DNA of 64,000 nt from Camelus ferus (lineage: Eukaryota): assembly GCF_009834535.1 (NCBI RefSeq), contig NC_045696.1:23500001-23564000 (forward strand), in the 5' to 3' direction. The notes below the pieces were generated by a model, which was not told where the DNA came from, ran no database searches, and worked only from the letters and a program-made list of their open reading frames with translations. This document shows, piece after piece, positions 39,592 through 52,705 of this stretch (its first letter is position 1; each line of letters begins with the position of its first letter). Made by a program: the position numbers and the translations under genes.

Positions 39592-42140
39592 CTAGAAAAT
39601 AACAAAATGCCAATTTGGGTTAATTATAATAATCAAAATCCTTCAATATTATAACTTAATTATTCTTACATTCAAACTTTTTTTTTTCTTTTTAAAGAAC
39701 TAGACACAAGGTAGTACATCTAAGAATAGTGTCCTATGTTCCATAGTTTTAATACATCCAAGTTCATGATGTGGGAAATTTTGTAAAACTTAACAGAGCC
39801 TGGTCAAAGTCTATTCAGAAGCATTATAAGACTGAAGTACAACTTATCTCCTATCTAGTATATCTCTAATATCCCTAATTCTAGGGCTGAAATACAGTTC
39901 CCTAGAATACTCATGTCTAGAAGAAAATGGCTGGCTCTTGAATGCATAATAATATCACCACAATTAACTTTAAGCTGTGCAGTTCACAAATAAGGGGTGA
40001 AAAAGCAAGCTTTGTAGTTACCATAAAATAAAATTTTTATTTTTTCAAAAACAGTTGAATTTTATCAGTGTAGTTATTAATGAATATTATCACTATTACT
40101 ACCTTGATATTTGAACTTACTTTTTATTTATAAATAGAAAACACCTTAGAGTTCAAACTAATATTATAATGGATTATAATAAATACTAATGCATGTTTCC
40201 ATACATGAGCAAATGACTTAAAAAATATTTGCTCATAGAGAAATATGTGCAGACTTATACATCATACACTGCTGTGTAAGAAGCCCATATTATTAAAGGT
40301 AACATTTAAAAAATATTCATTTATATTAGACACATCTAAATTCTAGCTTCATTAACTACAGAAGATTTGGGGCTACATACAAAATATATTACAAAAAGTC
40401 CATTCTATTGGAAAGGTTTTTTTCTTCTTCTTTAATTGCATGTCTTTCTTAAGCAACTCTTGGCCCTCCAGATCCTACCACCTATGTGACTGTATTTTAT
40501 AGAAGAAAATGTAACCGAAAAACATTAAGTGAAATATTTTAGTTATACTTATATTTCATTAAAGAGGAGGCAAATAAGTCCTATTTCGCTTAGTATTATA
40601 AATAGAATAAGATAATTACTCTACAGATAAAATAAATTACTCCAATTTTCTTTGAATATACACATTCTTAAGTCTTACTGTTGTGGTTTAAAATAGCCAT
40701 GAAAATTTAACGATATTTTGACATGTAAGATGATCACGACTACTTCTCTGCATGCTTCATTTATAAACTCTTTATAATCTTCCTATTTTCTCAATTTGAT
40801 AAAAGGCACATGTTCATCTAATAACCAAACTATACTGAATTTGAGAATAAATGTAAAATAAAAACAATCAAGAACTGTTCTTCCTTATTATGATCCTTAG
40901 ACGATGACTGTCATCAACTATTAGGTTTTTAAATATTTAAACATTTCAGATGTCACGCTTCTGGCCAAAATTAGTATGAGCAAATTAAAAACAAATTTGT
41001 CTCTTAAGTAATACTGAAGACTTAGACATAAAGACTTACAACACCAATGGCTATTCTTTCTCCCATCTGCTTTCAAAATAGAGGCCATGATTTGTTTTTA
41101 TAAATAGCAACAGATCTCTATTAGAGAGCTGGAATATAGATCTTCTTTTACTCTAAGACTATGTTTATCTCTTGATTTTGCCCTATTTAAGATTCTCCTA
41201 ATTTTAGTAAGTAAATGCCAAAGTCACAATCTATAAGTGTTTTATTAAACCAGCAGAGGTATAAAGGCACTTCTGAATTTCTAGGAGTAATTTTTCAAAC
41301 ACAAGATACCACATTTTTCCTTTTGTTTATGAACTTCCTTCTCAAGAAATTTTCTGACTTAAAAAATACTGCAATAATATCTATTCCTTCAAATTTCCAA
41401 CAGATGTTCCACACTGGTATATTTAGGAGAACTCTACATAATCTACTGTTAGGAGTAAAGTTAACCCTGCAGAGCTGCTATATTTGCCCCGTACTACATT
41501 CTCAGACTCGTGTTCTAGAATTATTTTTGTTCCGTATTTTTTGGCTGCCTATGAAGGTAACTATTTTAACTGTTACAGATACTGCAATGGAACCACACAT
41601 ATTTGCAAAATGAAATGTGATACTGGCCATTAGGTGATGGAGCTGCTTCATATTTAATTTATTTCCTTTTCACCAGACCTTTAACATAGTCCTACTAATC
41701 AGGCCCAAAGTTACCTATTTGCTCTTATTTCTTGTAACTCTTCCACTGAGGTCAGGTTCATCTCCCACAAATGCACACGTGCCTTTGTTTCTCTATGCCC
41801 ATTAAGCCACACAGGACCCATTCAGTGGGACCAGTTGAAGTCTTTCTCTGCTGAACTCTTTCAAATGATTTCTACCCAGACTTTTTCTACTTTTCTAAAT
41901 TATAAAACATACTCCAAATTTATAACCTCTTAGACTATTCTGATGTAAGTAAATGCATACATTAGAAAATATCAAATATACATATGTACAGTATACTCCG
42001 GAGGCAGAAGATCTAAGGGAAAATCAGCTAGAGTAAAATCCAGAAAGCCAGACATATCATTTACTAATTGTGACATAAAATATGTCAGAAAGTTCTCCAA
42101 ATCTTAATGATCTTACCTCTAAAATAAGGTTAGGTGAGTT

Positions 42141-42175
42141 GAGAGAGAGGAGACAGAGAGACAGAGAGACAGAGA
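42141..42175. repeat. (GA)n/(GACAGAGA)n microsatellite
   Basis: gagagagaggagacagagagacagagagacagaga. Confidence 0.8.
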
Positions 42176-42199
42176 ATATAGTTCTTAAACGTTTATGGA

Positions 42200-44830
42200 C
42201 TATATTTTAAAAGCTGACAGTGTATCAAGAGATGAAGAAAATCTACTTCAAATTCTAGAGGATCAGAATCATACAGGGTATATTCTTTGACCACAGTGTA
42301 ATAATACAAATAGGAATGAAACACTTAGGAATTTAAAAATTCTTGGCCCAGAGGAATCAAAATTATATTAATATTGGGAATATGAGATTTCAAAACCCAC
42401 AGGACACAGTCAGATTGGTAGTAAAAAGAAAATTATAACTTGAACAATATAGAATAAAATTTATTTCACGAAGCTAGAAAAAGAAAATAAACCAAAATAA
42501 AGGAGAAGAAATAAAATAGTGTGTCAACTGGATTAAAGAACACCAAAGGCTTTTTCTTTCCAAAAAGCAGAATAAAAGACCAAAAAATTGGAGCAAATAA
42601 CATAAGAAATAAGAAAGGTGATATCAAAAATACAGCAGAAAAGTTTTAAAATTTAGAAAAGAATAATACATGTAACTTTATGCCAATAAACTATAAGATC
42701 TTTATTAAAAAATCATCTAGGAAAATACAAGTTACCAGAATTACTTTAAGAGGCAGAAAAACTGAAAAGACCTGCAAAACTAGAGTTAACTGAAAAGACT
42801 GCCTAAGATCTACACCCAACAAAGGATTCAGGCCCATATTGTTATACAGCCGTGCTGTTATGTCAAATCTTCAAAGATCAGATGATTTCTATGCTATCTG
42901 AACTGCTCCAGAGTCTAAAAAAGGCAAAAAGTCTCCTTAATGATTTACGAGACTAGTATAATCTGAATATCAAAAATTGACCAATATTAAAACAAGAAAC
43001 TATAGATCAATTTTGTTTATGAACATAGATGCTAAGACCCAAGTCCATTTTTGATAAACTATCTTGTGTACAAAAAGAATATACAGGAACAGATAGTGTT
43101 TACAATGATTAAAAAAAACAAGAAAGATGAATATAAGAACTTTACTTCCCAAGGATTAAAGATTAAGAAGAAACCTGTTCAGTGTCTCAAACAGATGCAT
43201 TTAAAAAAAAAAAATCAAAATTCCAACACCGATCAGCTTAAGTTAAACTCTGACCTGTAAATTAAAAAAAAGTGTTTTTAAATTTTTATAAGGGAGGATC
43301 TATAAAAAAAAACAATACTAAAAGTTCTATTAGTAATAAAACACTAGAAAGATTCCCATTAAACTCAGGACCTAAACATAAGAGTTTACTACCATTATTT
43401 TAATATTTAACTGTATTCTGAAAAGTCTGGTCAACATAATAAAACCAGAAATAAAATAAGAAATAAATATAATGGAAATTATCCCAATAATGAGATAACT
43501 ATTGGGAGGCAGTTTACTGAAATAATCAACTAAAAAATTGTTAGAAAAAATAAAGGATTCAATAAGGTAAATGGATACAATGTAAATAAATAAAATTAGT
43601 TCTCCCATTAATTTAATATTAAAAGAGGATAAATGACTCAATTCAGAGAAACAAATAATTTTTATACATCTAAGATTAAATTACACATGATGTTGGGAGC
43701 ATTATGAGGTAAAACTACAGCCTTATTAAAGGACATTAACAGAGGACCAAAAAAGTGAAGAGGTATATCATGTTTCTTTCTGGGAGGACTCAAAATACTG
43801 AAAATTTAATTAGCCACCTCACCATAACTTAATATATAATATAATGGAAGTACAATCAAATTCTGAAAGGATTTGGAGAGGCAGGTGGTAACTGGTTCTA
43901 AAAATTATCAAAAAAGAAAAAATGAGATTTGCCAAATTTTCCATTTACAAAAGAAGAAAAATAAAGTGTTTTTCCTAAAAAAGTCAAAGTATATTACAAA
44001 TGTACTATAATGTAAATAGGTGTAGTGTTTAAATAGAAAAATAATCAGTAGAATAGAGAGACCCAAAGAGACTCACTTATAAATAGGATTTAATATCCAA
44101 TAAAGACAGTATTTTAAGTCAGGATGCAGAGAATCCATCAGTCAAAATGCTATGTTTGGACTATTTGGATATTTCTCTATTTGGAGAAAACTGAAATCCT
44201 ATTATCTAGGAATTAAAAATTAAAATCATGAAACTACTAGAATTAAAAAATTGCATAATTTTCGATGTGATCACATAACCTCCAATCTATTAAAAAACTG
44301 TTGTATTTTATAAGATTAAAAAAATTCTGTATAGTTAAGATACCAAAAGCAAATTTGAAGATAAATGACAAACCACAAAATACAATCTGCAAATTATAGA
44401 TGAATCAAATTTCTTAGCAGATCAAATGTTCAACCTAATAAAAAAACCCAATATAAAAAATGTGCAAAGATGGATAGAGTTAAAGAAATACCAACTGACA
44501 AAAAATTTATAGAGATACTCAGCCTCACTAAAGATCAAAGATACATAAAATAATGGGATTACCCTTTTTATGTCATTTTGTCAGATAACCATCAATGAAA
44601 GTACATAGTAACTATCTGAAGCCAATTTAACAGTATTAAATTTTAATTAATTTATTTTATAAATCAAATATATATTTACTTACTTAAATTAAATAAGTGA
44701 ATTAAAATTTACAAGCATTTTGACTTGGCAATTCTACTTTGCTATGTTCACTTGAGTCTTCAATAATATATGTACAAGAATGTTCACAAAAATACTGGAA
44801 ATAATCCAAATACCCAGAAACAAAAATGGT
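42200..44830 (+). mobile_element. Long, highly decayed L1 ORF2 (antisense to USP25)
   Basis: tttgaccacagtgtaata, aactttatgccaataaa, tcaggccca, tttatgaacatagatgc, ttattaaaggacatt, actcagcctcacta; no intact frame. Confidence 0.75.
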
Positions 44831-44849
44831 AATGGTAACGATAAACCTG

Positions 44850-45062
44850 GTAAGTTAAAATTTTGAGGGTTCTTTATGTGACATTATCCAAAGATTCTAC
44901 ATAGGTTATCTCATTTAATTCTCAAGATAACTTCTCATTTAAATAAAAAAAAATTGGACCTGATAATTTCAGAAATTGCCTAAGGTCATACCATTATTAA
45001 GTGATAAAGCTAGGATTTAAATCTAGGCATCTGACCATAGAGCCTTTGCTTTTAACAGCTCA
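44850..45062 (-). mobile_element. MIR SINE (inside L1)
   Basis: atctcatttaattctca...ttgcctaaggtcatac...agctaggatttaaatctaggc. Confidence 0.7.
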
Positions 45063-45769
45063 CTTCAGACACAACTTCTTAATCTAGATCATGAATAAGT
45101 TGTAAACATTCTGAGATGTTAAACCCATCAGCCTTTATGGTGGCCAGACACTCCTAGATCTGTCCCTGCTGTACATACATTATTTCCCAGTTTTGTCATA
45201 ACATGGAAAAAATTGGGATGCTCTTCTCTAAAAGAATGTTTAAATAAATTTTGATATTCTCAAAACAAAACACAGCTATGAAAAATAAGTGTACAAATCA
45301 TGACATGAATAATCCACCAGAGTACATGAAAAAGAACTAAAAGTATAAAGCACATACTTCTATTTTTATTTAAATTATAAATGTACAAATGAGTACTGAA
45401 TGTCGGCCTCATCTGTCTATCTAGGGGAACATATAAGAAAGAATAAATGGAAGCTAAATGTGGAATGAGAATTAAAAAGAGAGAAATGTTTACATTTCAT
45501 GTTTTGGTATATGTATATTTTATTTGTTTAAATATCACTTTCTCTAAGAAGCCCTCTAGACTTGTTTTTCCATTATATGTTCTCCTATCATGTCAAACTG
45601 TCCCCTTTATCATACTGATTATAAATCTAATAAGTGTTTGCTTCCCCCTAGAAAATTAGCTTCATTAAGTCAGGAACTCAGTCCATCTTTTCCCCAGCTA
45701 CATTCATTGGATTTAGGACAGTACCTTGATATAAGCAGGTAATAAATACCTTTTGAATATGCTCATCAA

Positions 45770-46165
45770 CAGAAAGAAAAAGAATAATAGCGTAGTCATG
45801 CAATGGAATACCACAATGAGAATGAACAAATTACAACTTTATCCAATAATATATATGAAGCCCCAAACATGTTCTTCAGTAAAAGTAGCTAGACAAAAAA
45901 AGGATCTATAGTAAAAGATTCCAAATATGTAAAGTTCAACGAGAAAACTTACGTTGTTAGAAGTCCAGACAACATCTACTTTGGAACAGGAAGAGAGTGT
46001 AATGATACGAAGGAGTAACAAAGGTAATTTCTGGAATACTGTAATGTTCTATTTCTTGGCCTGGTTGGTAGTTACATGGATATGTGTACTCTGCGATAAT
46101 TCACTGAGCTGTAAACCCACAAACTGTGTACTTTTCAGCATGTTTTATATTTTAATAAAGATATT
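45770..46165 (+). mobile_element. L1ME-like 3' end
   Basis: caatggaatac...caatgagaatgaac...ttagaagtc...taatgttctatttcttg...gataattcactgagctgta. Confidence 0.65.
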
Positions 46166-48569
46166 TTTATATCTACTGAATAAACAGGGGAGTAATAATA
46201 GGCATTTTAAAAGTAAAAGAAAGACTAATAAAGTTATCTCAACTGGGAACAACTGTTAATGAAGCAATGAAACAACCAGTAAGGGAAAAAAGTTTCATAA
46301 TACAGAAGTATTAATACTTCATTAAAATCCTAAGGGCACTTTAATAGGTAAAGTCAAAAAATGTACAAAAAAGACATTTTAATGTCTTCCAAAGTAAATG
46401 AAAAAAGTTACACTAATCCCATGATTATAAGTACGATATGACCCTCCCACACCCACTCCTGTACATACACATACAAGAAACTACTACTCTGAGAATATTA
46501 TTTTTTTTTTCCTTTTGGATTTTATTTTTGCTCATTATAGTAGCCTTGCATTGCCTTTCTCTAGATTTTGTTTTTACATGACAGAAATTTCTCTCTTTAA
46601 GCCACTATAATTCTGGGATTTTCTGTTAACAGTGAAAACCAGTCCTAACAAATAAAGCCAGCTTAGGAGGAGGACGCAGGTAAGTGTCTTTCCTCGTTTA
46701 TTTTTCCAGATCTGCCTGCCTATTAACTCTCTAATATTCTGTGTTTACAAGGCAGACTCCCAGGTGGGAGCCCTGTGATTAAAACAGTAACTGCAACTGA
46801 CTGGGTTAGTAACACTTCCTACTTCAGAAGCTAAACCTTAGCAAATCCACTCACCCAGCTAGATGCTAAGTTTCATTTCCCAACTTACCTTCTTATCAGT
46901 AATAAAGTTAACATTTTCATCACATTGTTTTACTACTGGCAAACACGTATAACATTTTAAAAACTGGTCTGATCATAATGCACATGGAGATCCATATTTG
47001 GAAGTACTTAAATAGGCACAGAAGTGAAAAACTTCTTATAGTCAAAAAGCTAATATAAAATAAACCCAACAAAGATTTTTTTGGAGAATATGACAGGATA
47101 AAAGAAATATTTAAAAAAATCTTTCCCTCAATTTATAATAAATTAAGCATTAAAATGAATGAAAATTTTAAAATATACTATATCTGATTTAGGGAACAAA
47201 GGAAGGCAGAAACAATAATCATCTTAGACTCTGTGCTATGTATGTATTTTGTAATTTAATAGTGAATGTTGATAATGATTAGAATCAACTGCCAAACAAA
47301 CAAACAAAAACCAAGAGAACAATCAAACAGGTCAAACTGCTGTAGAAGGAACCAAAAGTCTGTCAAAAGATCTACAACCAACAAAGGGGCTAGGCTCATA
47401 GGGTTTTACGAGTGAGTTCTAACTTACTCTTATGGTAGTCAATTCCTATGCAGGCTACACCACAGAAAAAGAAGAACAGGGAAGTTCAAATAAGCGAAAC
47501 ATCAAACCTGAGGAAGACAGCCCCCAAATTAAAAAAGCAACATTTTTTTAAAATTAATATAGGCTACAGAAAGCCCAAACAAATTGCTGGTGAGTTAAAT
47601 GTAAATAGGGTACATCTGAGTTTATAAAATAAACATTTATTAAGAAAAGTGTTTTAAGAAAATATTGCAGAAAATTTGTAATACTTTAGGTTGAAGGAAA
47701 CTTTTTATAAAGCAATGAAACTCCAGAATCCAGAAAAAGAGAGAAAGATTTGAAAGTACAGTATTTTTAAAACTTCTCTATAGAAAAAGGTATCATAAAC
47801 TAATTTAAATAGAAATGGCAGACAAGGAAAAAATATAGGATAACTCTCCACATAGAAGGTAACATATAATAAATGAGAGTACATCTATACCACAGAATAC
47901 TAAGTGCAAGTAGTATAGATAATGTGGTGGATATAGTGTCTTTAAGAACGCCCACAATATATTTCTGAGCGATGTAAGTTACAAAATAGTATGAACAGTA
48001 AAAGTTAAAAAAAATTATATTCTCTATATGCATGTCTGTAAAAACCCTGACAGGTTATATGAATGTTAGACGTGGTTACAAGAGGGCACCAGCAGAGACT
48101 GTCATTATTAGTTTTATTTAAGACACCTCTGTATTACTGAATGGTCGCATTCTGTATATTACTTTTGTTATTTACATGACAAATTTCCTGAAATCATATA
48201 TTACTAGAACTTTCCAAATGCCAGTCATTTACCTATGTTAAAAATACATATTAATTATAAACTGATAATATTCACGTAAGATTACACACATATATATTCC
48301 TCAATTACAGCTGAATGAAAATGTACACAAATATAAACTTCAGAGATTTTCAGCTGCATCAAAATCAGATGGTAAATCAAAAAGAAAAATAAATGAGATA
48401 TAGAAAATACATAAAGCACATGATGAAAAGGGCATTCCCAAGGTGACAGTGAAAGATCTCAAGACATTAGTTGTAAACCAGGAATAAAGGAAAACCAATA
48501 TAGACTGGAGCAGGTCAAAAAGCTCCTTAAAGACTTCCACAAGAAGATAAAACTGACAAAGAACGGAGC

Positions 48570-48646
48570 AAAAAACTAAACAAACAAACAAACAAAAAAA
48601 AAAACCAAAAAAAAACACCCCTAAAAAACAAAAAAACAAAACAACC
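48570..48646. repeat. A-rich (CAAA)n low-complexity tract
   Basis: aaacaaacaaacaaacaaaaaaaaaaccaaaaaaaaacaccc. Confidence 0.8.
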
Positions 48647-50363
48647 CAGGTAATTCCAAGGAAAATGAAAGTTGAGGAAAAAAAGTAATAATGTTTATGA
48701 CTTAGTTCAATCCTGAGTAGCATACATAGAAATAGCAATATAAGCTGAGAATTCTGATTTAATCAAATGACAAGTTTTTTTTTTTAAAAAAAATGCGCAT
48801 ATGGACACACATGTGTGCAGATGGAGGGATTAAAAACTGTGTGTCAGTGCATGTATATGGGGCAGGAGAAGAAAGACGGCTCACTGTTTACATTCCACGG
48901 TAGAGAATTTAACAGGAAATGTATAAACTAAGAATCACTAAAACACAAGCGTTCTACTTAAACATATGGAATTAATGCCAAAAGGATTTGATTAAATAAT
49001 TGAAGGCTGTTCCCACAAATGGCAGGAAGGGTGGAGGGCAGGGGATATGATGTGACTACTGTTGTTTGTAGTATATATATAGTTAGCTGGCTCTTTAAAA
49101 TATATGCTGGTATTAATGTAATAAAACTAACGTTTCTAGTTCAACATAAAGATACCAAATTTGACAAAAAATTACAGTGGTATGAGAGATAACTGTTCCA
49201 CAAGAAATAAATGAAAACTTTAGAAAACATACATTCAGTGTTTTTTTAAAGGAAATGCAGATTACCTGGGAATAAAGATAAATTTTTAAACATAAAAGCT
49301 GTTTTTTGTATTACCTTCTTCTACGTCTCTCATAGGATCTTACTAGGGTAAACAACTTATCTTGGGGGCAGTTTGCCAGAACTTCTAAAATTTAGCACTT
49401 AACGTCCTTTATCCCAGGAAATCCTTCAGTTCCGAGCACATCAGGATGGCTGGTCACTCTAATTCTAACCAGTTCAAAAGCGTTTATTGACATGAGGTTG
49501 CTTTTCACAAGTCCTTTGTTTTGTGTTATACATTAAAAGAAACACTAAAAATAAGCAGCTTCTTAAAGATTGAATTGAATTACGGTAGAGCACAGAAATT
49601 TAGGGAAAATTTTAGATTTTTAATGTCAAGAAAGGGAACATGCAGCTTACCCTTCAATAAGGCTTTTTTTTTTTTTTTTAAACAAACACTAAAGGGAGGG
49701 ATAAAAACAATGAATATTTTTTGGTTAATAAAGAAAATGACAAAACATACATAGTGTTTTCATCTTTCAAATATGTAAAAACAAATAGTGTCATCAAAAC
49801 ATTGTTGAGATCTGGTGTCACAGGGAAAAAAGATCTAGACTAACGCATTAGTCTGATGGTCTCATGTCTTGAAATGACTAGGATGTTAAATTTAATCATA
49901 GGAAAATCAAACAAGCAAGAAACCTAACAAATCATTTTAGAAACAACCAAATGAAGAAAGTAATCTGGTATTTAATGATTAGAAAAAAAACTTACAGAAA
50001 AAATATTGTAATGTTGACTAACAGTATTACCAACGAGGAGAAAATAAACTATTACCAGAAGCAGTTACTCAGTTTCTATTTTTGCTCATCAATACCCTTT
50101 ATTCACTTCAAATAAAAACATAATTCAAATTTGTTAAATCAGAGGTGTAGTAGTAGGATAACTCAGGTAAAATGCTTCATTTTTATTGAATTATCTGAAT
50201 TAAAAAAAAGAAAATCAGTCTTAGATTCATGCATAAAAGAAACTCCTAGAATATTAGGTGGCCATGGCTAAGATAGGAAAAGAGAAAATATACAGGAAAC
50301 CAAATTTAATTCAAGGAAATAAAACATTTCAAGAACAAATTAAAATGAAAATGTTAATTGTAC

Positions 50364-50459
50364 CTTAAAGAACCCTGCTTCAGGGCCACACCTGTCATAT
50401 ACATTCCTGGATTTACCTATCGCCATGATAATACCTTGCATGTTCGGTGTCATCATCAT
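50364..50459 (-). CDS. USP25: USP25 alternative cassette exon (19b-type), 96 nt, phase 0->0
   Basis: cccttgtggcag|ATG ATG ATG ACA...TTC TTT AAG|gtacaa; MMMTPNMQGIIMAIGKSRNVYDRCGPEAGFFK (32 aa), visible inside ORF 50340..50531. Confidence 0.93.
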
Positions 50460-50651
50460 CTGCCACAAGGGATTTAAAGAACGAACTTTTGAATGGTTAT
50501 CATAAAAAACAATATTAAAAAAAAAAAACAAAGTAACTCCTTTACATGCAAGTTAAAAGTCCTTTGTTTTTCACTGTTTATAAATCAAACACTGCAATTT
50601 TTTTGTAGCAAATGTGATCCAATATGCACACATCTCTCAAAATCATCCATA

Positions 50652-50938
50652 CAGGGCCACAGCTAGCTCACATGGTGCCTTTGTGCAAACTGCAAAAAGG
50701 CATCCTCTCTGAATTAAAGAATTTTAACAAGGCACCCCTTTCTTGACAAACAAATTAGAAAATATGCTGCTCTCTCAGAGAAACATTTAGAGAAAGCAAC
50801 AATCTTTTTATTGAAGGTGCCTCTTCTTTAAGGCTTGGGGAGCTCAGTATTAGCTCAATTTCAACTCCACTTCTACCCGTGGGCCAGGCACTCCTGCCTG
50901 CACAACCATATGGTCTAAACATCTAAGCAGCAGCCCTG
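50652..50938. mobile_element. hAT-Tip100 MITE (MER91A-like) with perfect 8-bp TSD
   Basis: catccata|cagggcc...cagccctg|catccata; internal tggtgcctttgtgcaaa. Confidence 0.8.
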
Positions 50939-51289
50939 CATCCATATGACTTATTTTAAAAGTTACAAGGCACATGCACTGTTAAACTACCACTCCAAGG
51001 AATTTTAAAAAAAACACAAAACACAACTCTGCCAATAGCATAAGCACTTGCACAAAAGATAGTGTTAAATGATTAATTACAATTCTACTTTTTTAAATTC
51101 AAGAAGGGTCATCCTAAAACAAGCATCAATATGCTTGATCAATGAGCATTTTTTATTAAAACATTTCTATTAAAAAGATGCCTGTTTCCATAATTTTGAA
51201 GTGTCAACCTGGTAACAGATAAACAGAAAAATGTACTGCTATTAAGTACTAAATAGTTCAATATTTCTTTGTTTGCGTAAGTTTATTAT

Positions 51290-51404
51290 GTAATATGACA
51301 TTTTATATAAGGGACTTGAACACGAAGGATTTTGATATCTGCAGGGAGGAGCAGGTTGGGGGGTACTAGAACCAACCCCCTGTGGATACCAAGGGATGAC
51401 TGTA
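51290..51404. mobile_element. TcMar-Tigger (MER2-like) terminal fragment
   Basis: attttatataagggacttgaa...gaaccaaccccctgtggataccaagggatgactgta. Confidence 0.7.
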
Positions 51405-52591
51405 TGCTTAGATGCTTACATTTTAAAATATCTGCAAAATGAAATAACTCAAGACACTATGAAGCTATCACATTAGAGCAATCAAGAGATTGCATCCATT
51501 ACCTTGGATTTACTGAATCTACTATCCACAGTATTTATTTTGGATTACACACTGACAGTTGCAATATACCTAACATTTTCTGCTTCAGAAAATCCTTCTG
51601 ACCAGTTCCTAAATCAGAAACCTGTTTCTTATTCTCTTTATGGCCCATGCTTTCTTATAGCGGCACAGTAATAGTAATATCTTTATGACATCTGATTTTG
51701 GTGAATAACTCATACAATAACCTAATTATAACCTTGAGGTTAAGTCTGAAAAAATGTTACTTGGAAAAAAACAATTTAATATGCATTCAATTCTCATCCA
51801 TGCCAGCAAAAACTAACAAATGATAGAATCCAAAGTCTATCTTCTCTGTTGTTACTATTTATTAACATGTTTACTGGCCCTCCCTCAAATATGTCAAAGA
51901 TCTAAGAGTGTTCAGAAAAAAGTGAAAAGGGGGTAAAAATATAATGGGACTAGCTATTTCCATCTGGGTTCCAAAGAAACCTTTCATGAGAAGTAAAAAT
52001 GCCCCCATACGGACAGAAAATCAAGCAGACGAGAATTAACAGTGGAGTGGTAAGAAGAGATAAGATGGAGGTATCCAGTGTGCAAACACTGGTAGGCATT
52101 CAGCAATGCTGATGAATCATTCAATTCAGTCACTCAGAAGTTGCAGAAGCAAAAAGCCCTAATTAGCTATTCACAATCAGGCTGTAGGTTCTTCTGGTAG
52201 AAATGGTTGACCAAGAATTAGAATCAAGTAATTCAAGTAAAACAGGAAAGGAAAATAAAAACTTTTAAGTGCTCAAGACTTGTGCTATTTAATTAAAACA
52301 AATCTTGTAATCTATCAACCCGGGAATAAACTAATCCTATGTCTGCACAAAAGAATTAACTCTAGCAACATAAAATTATTCTTCTGACAAATCTATAAGC
52401 TTTGTACTTAAATTTTCATTTGAAATTCAAAGTACTGTTAGCAACTGGTAAGGTAATTTCAGACTGTGGGTGGCAAAGCTGTACGTTATGCAGCAATAGA
52501 CATAAGTGTGAGGGTGCAGGCATGCCCAAAGTACTTGCATTAAATAGCCAAAAACAAGTGGAAATTGTGCAAAGGGCTATAATAAAGGTAC

Positions 52592-52705
52592 CTCGTCATC
52601 ATAACCCCCCTCCTTTGACTCAATCATAAATTTCCCTACATGAGGAATCGCCACCTCTACAACTTGCTGGTTAGAAGGTGGTTGGCTTGTGGTATTCTCA
52701 GGTTT
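52592..52705 (-). CDS. USP25: USP25 alternative cassette exon (19a-type, muscle isoform USP25m), 114 nt, phase 0->0
   Basis: tactaatgattttcttctgcag|AAA CCT GAG...GAT GAC GAG|gtacct; KPENTTSQPPSNQQVVEVAIPHVGKFMIESKEGGYDDE (38 aa), open and frame-neutral. Confidence 0.92.

Noticed and set aside
41215..41613. 132-aa plus-strand ORF
   Set aside because: It is intronic, antisense to USP25 and AT-rich, with no recognisable homology or splice context.
48340..48738. 132-aa hydrophobic ORF resembling a membrane protein
   Set aside because: The F/L/V/C richness comes from reading the reverse complement of a (CAAA)n/A-rich tract.
49837..49854. 7-bp hairpin agactaa-cgca-ttagtct containing ACTAAY on both strands
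   Set aside because: It is too short to be significant alone, though it could contribute as a QKI site.
51503..51608. Possible 106-nt cryptic exon (tttctgatttag|...CAAG|gtaatg)
   Set aside because: The pyrimidine tract is short, all three frames contain stops, and there are no supporting regulatory motifs. It cannot be told apart from chance.
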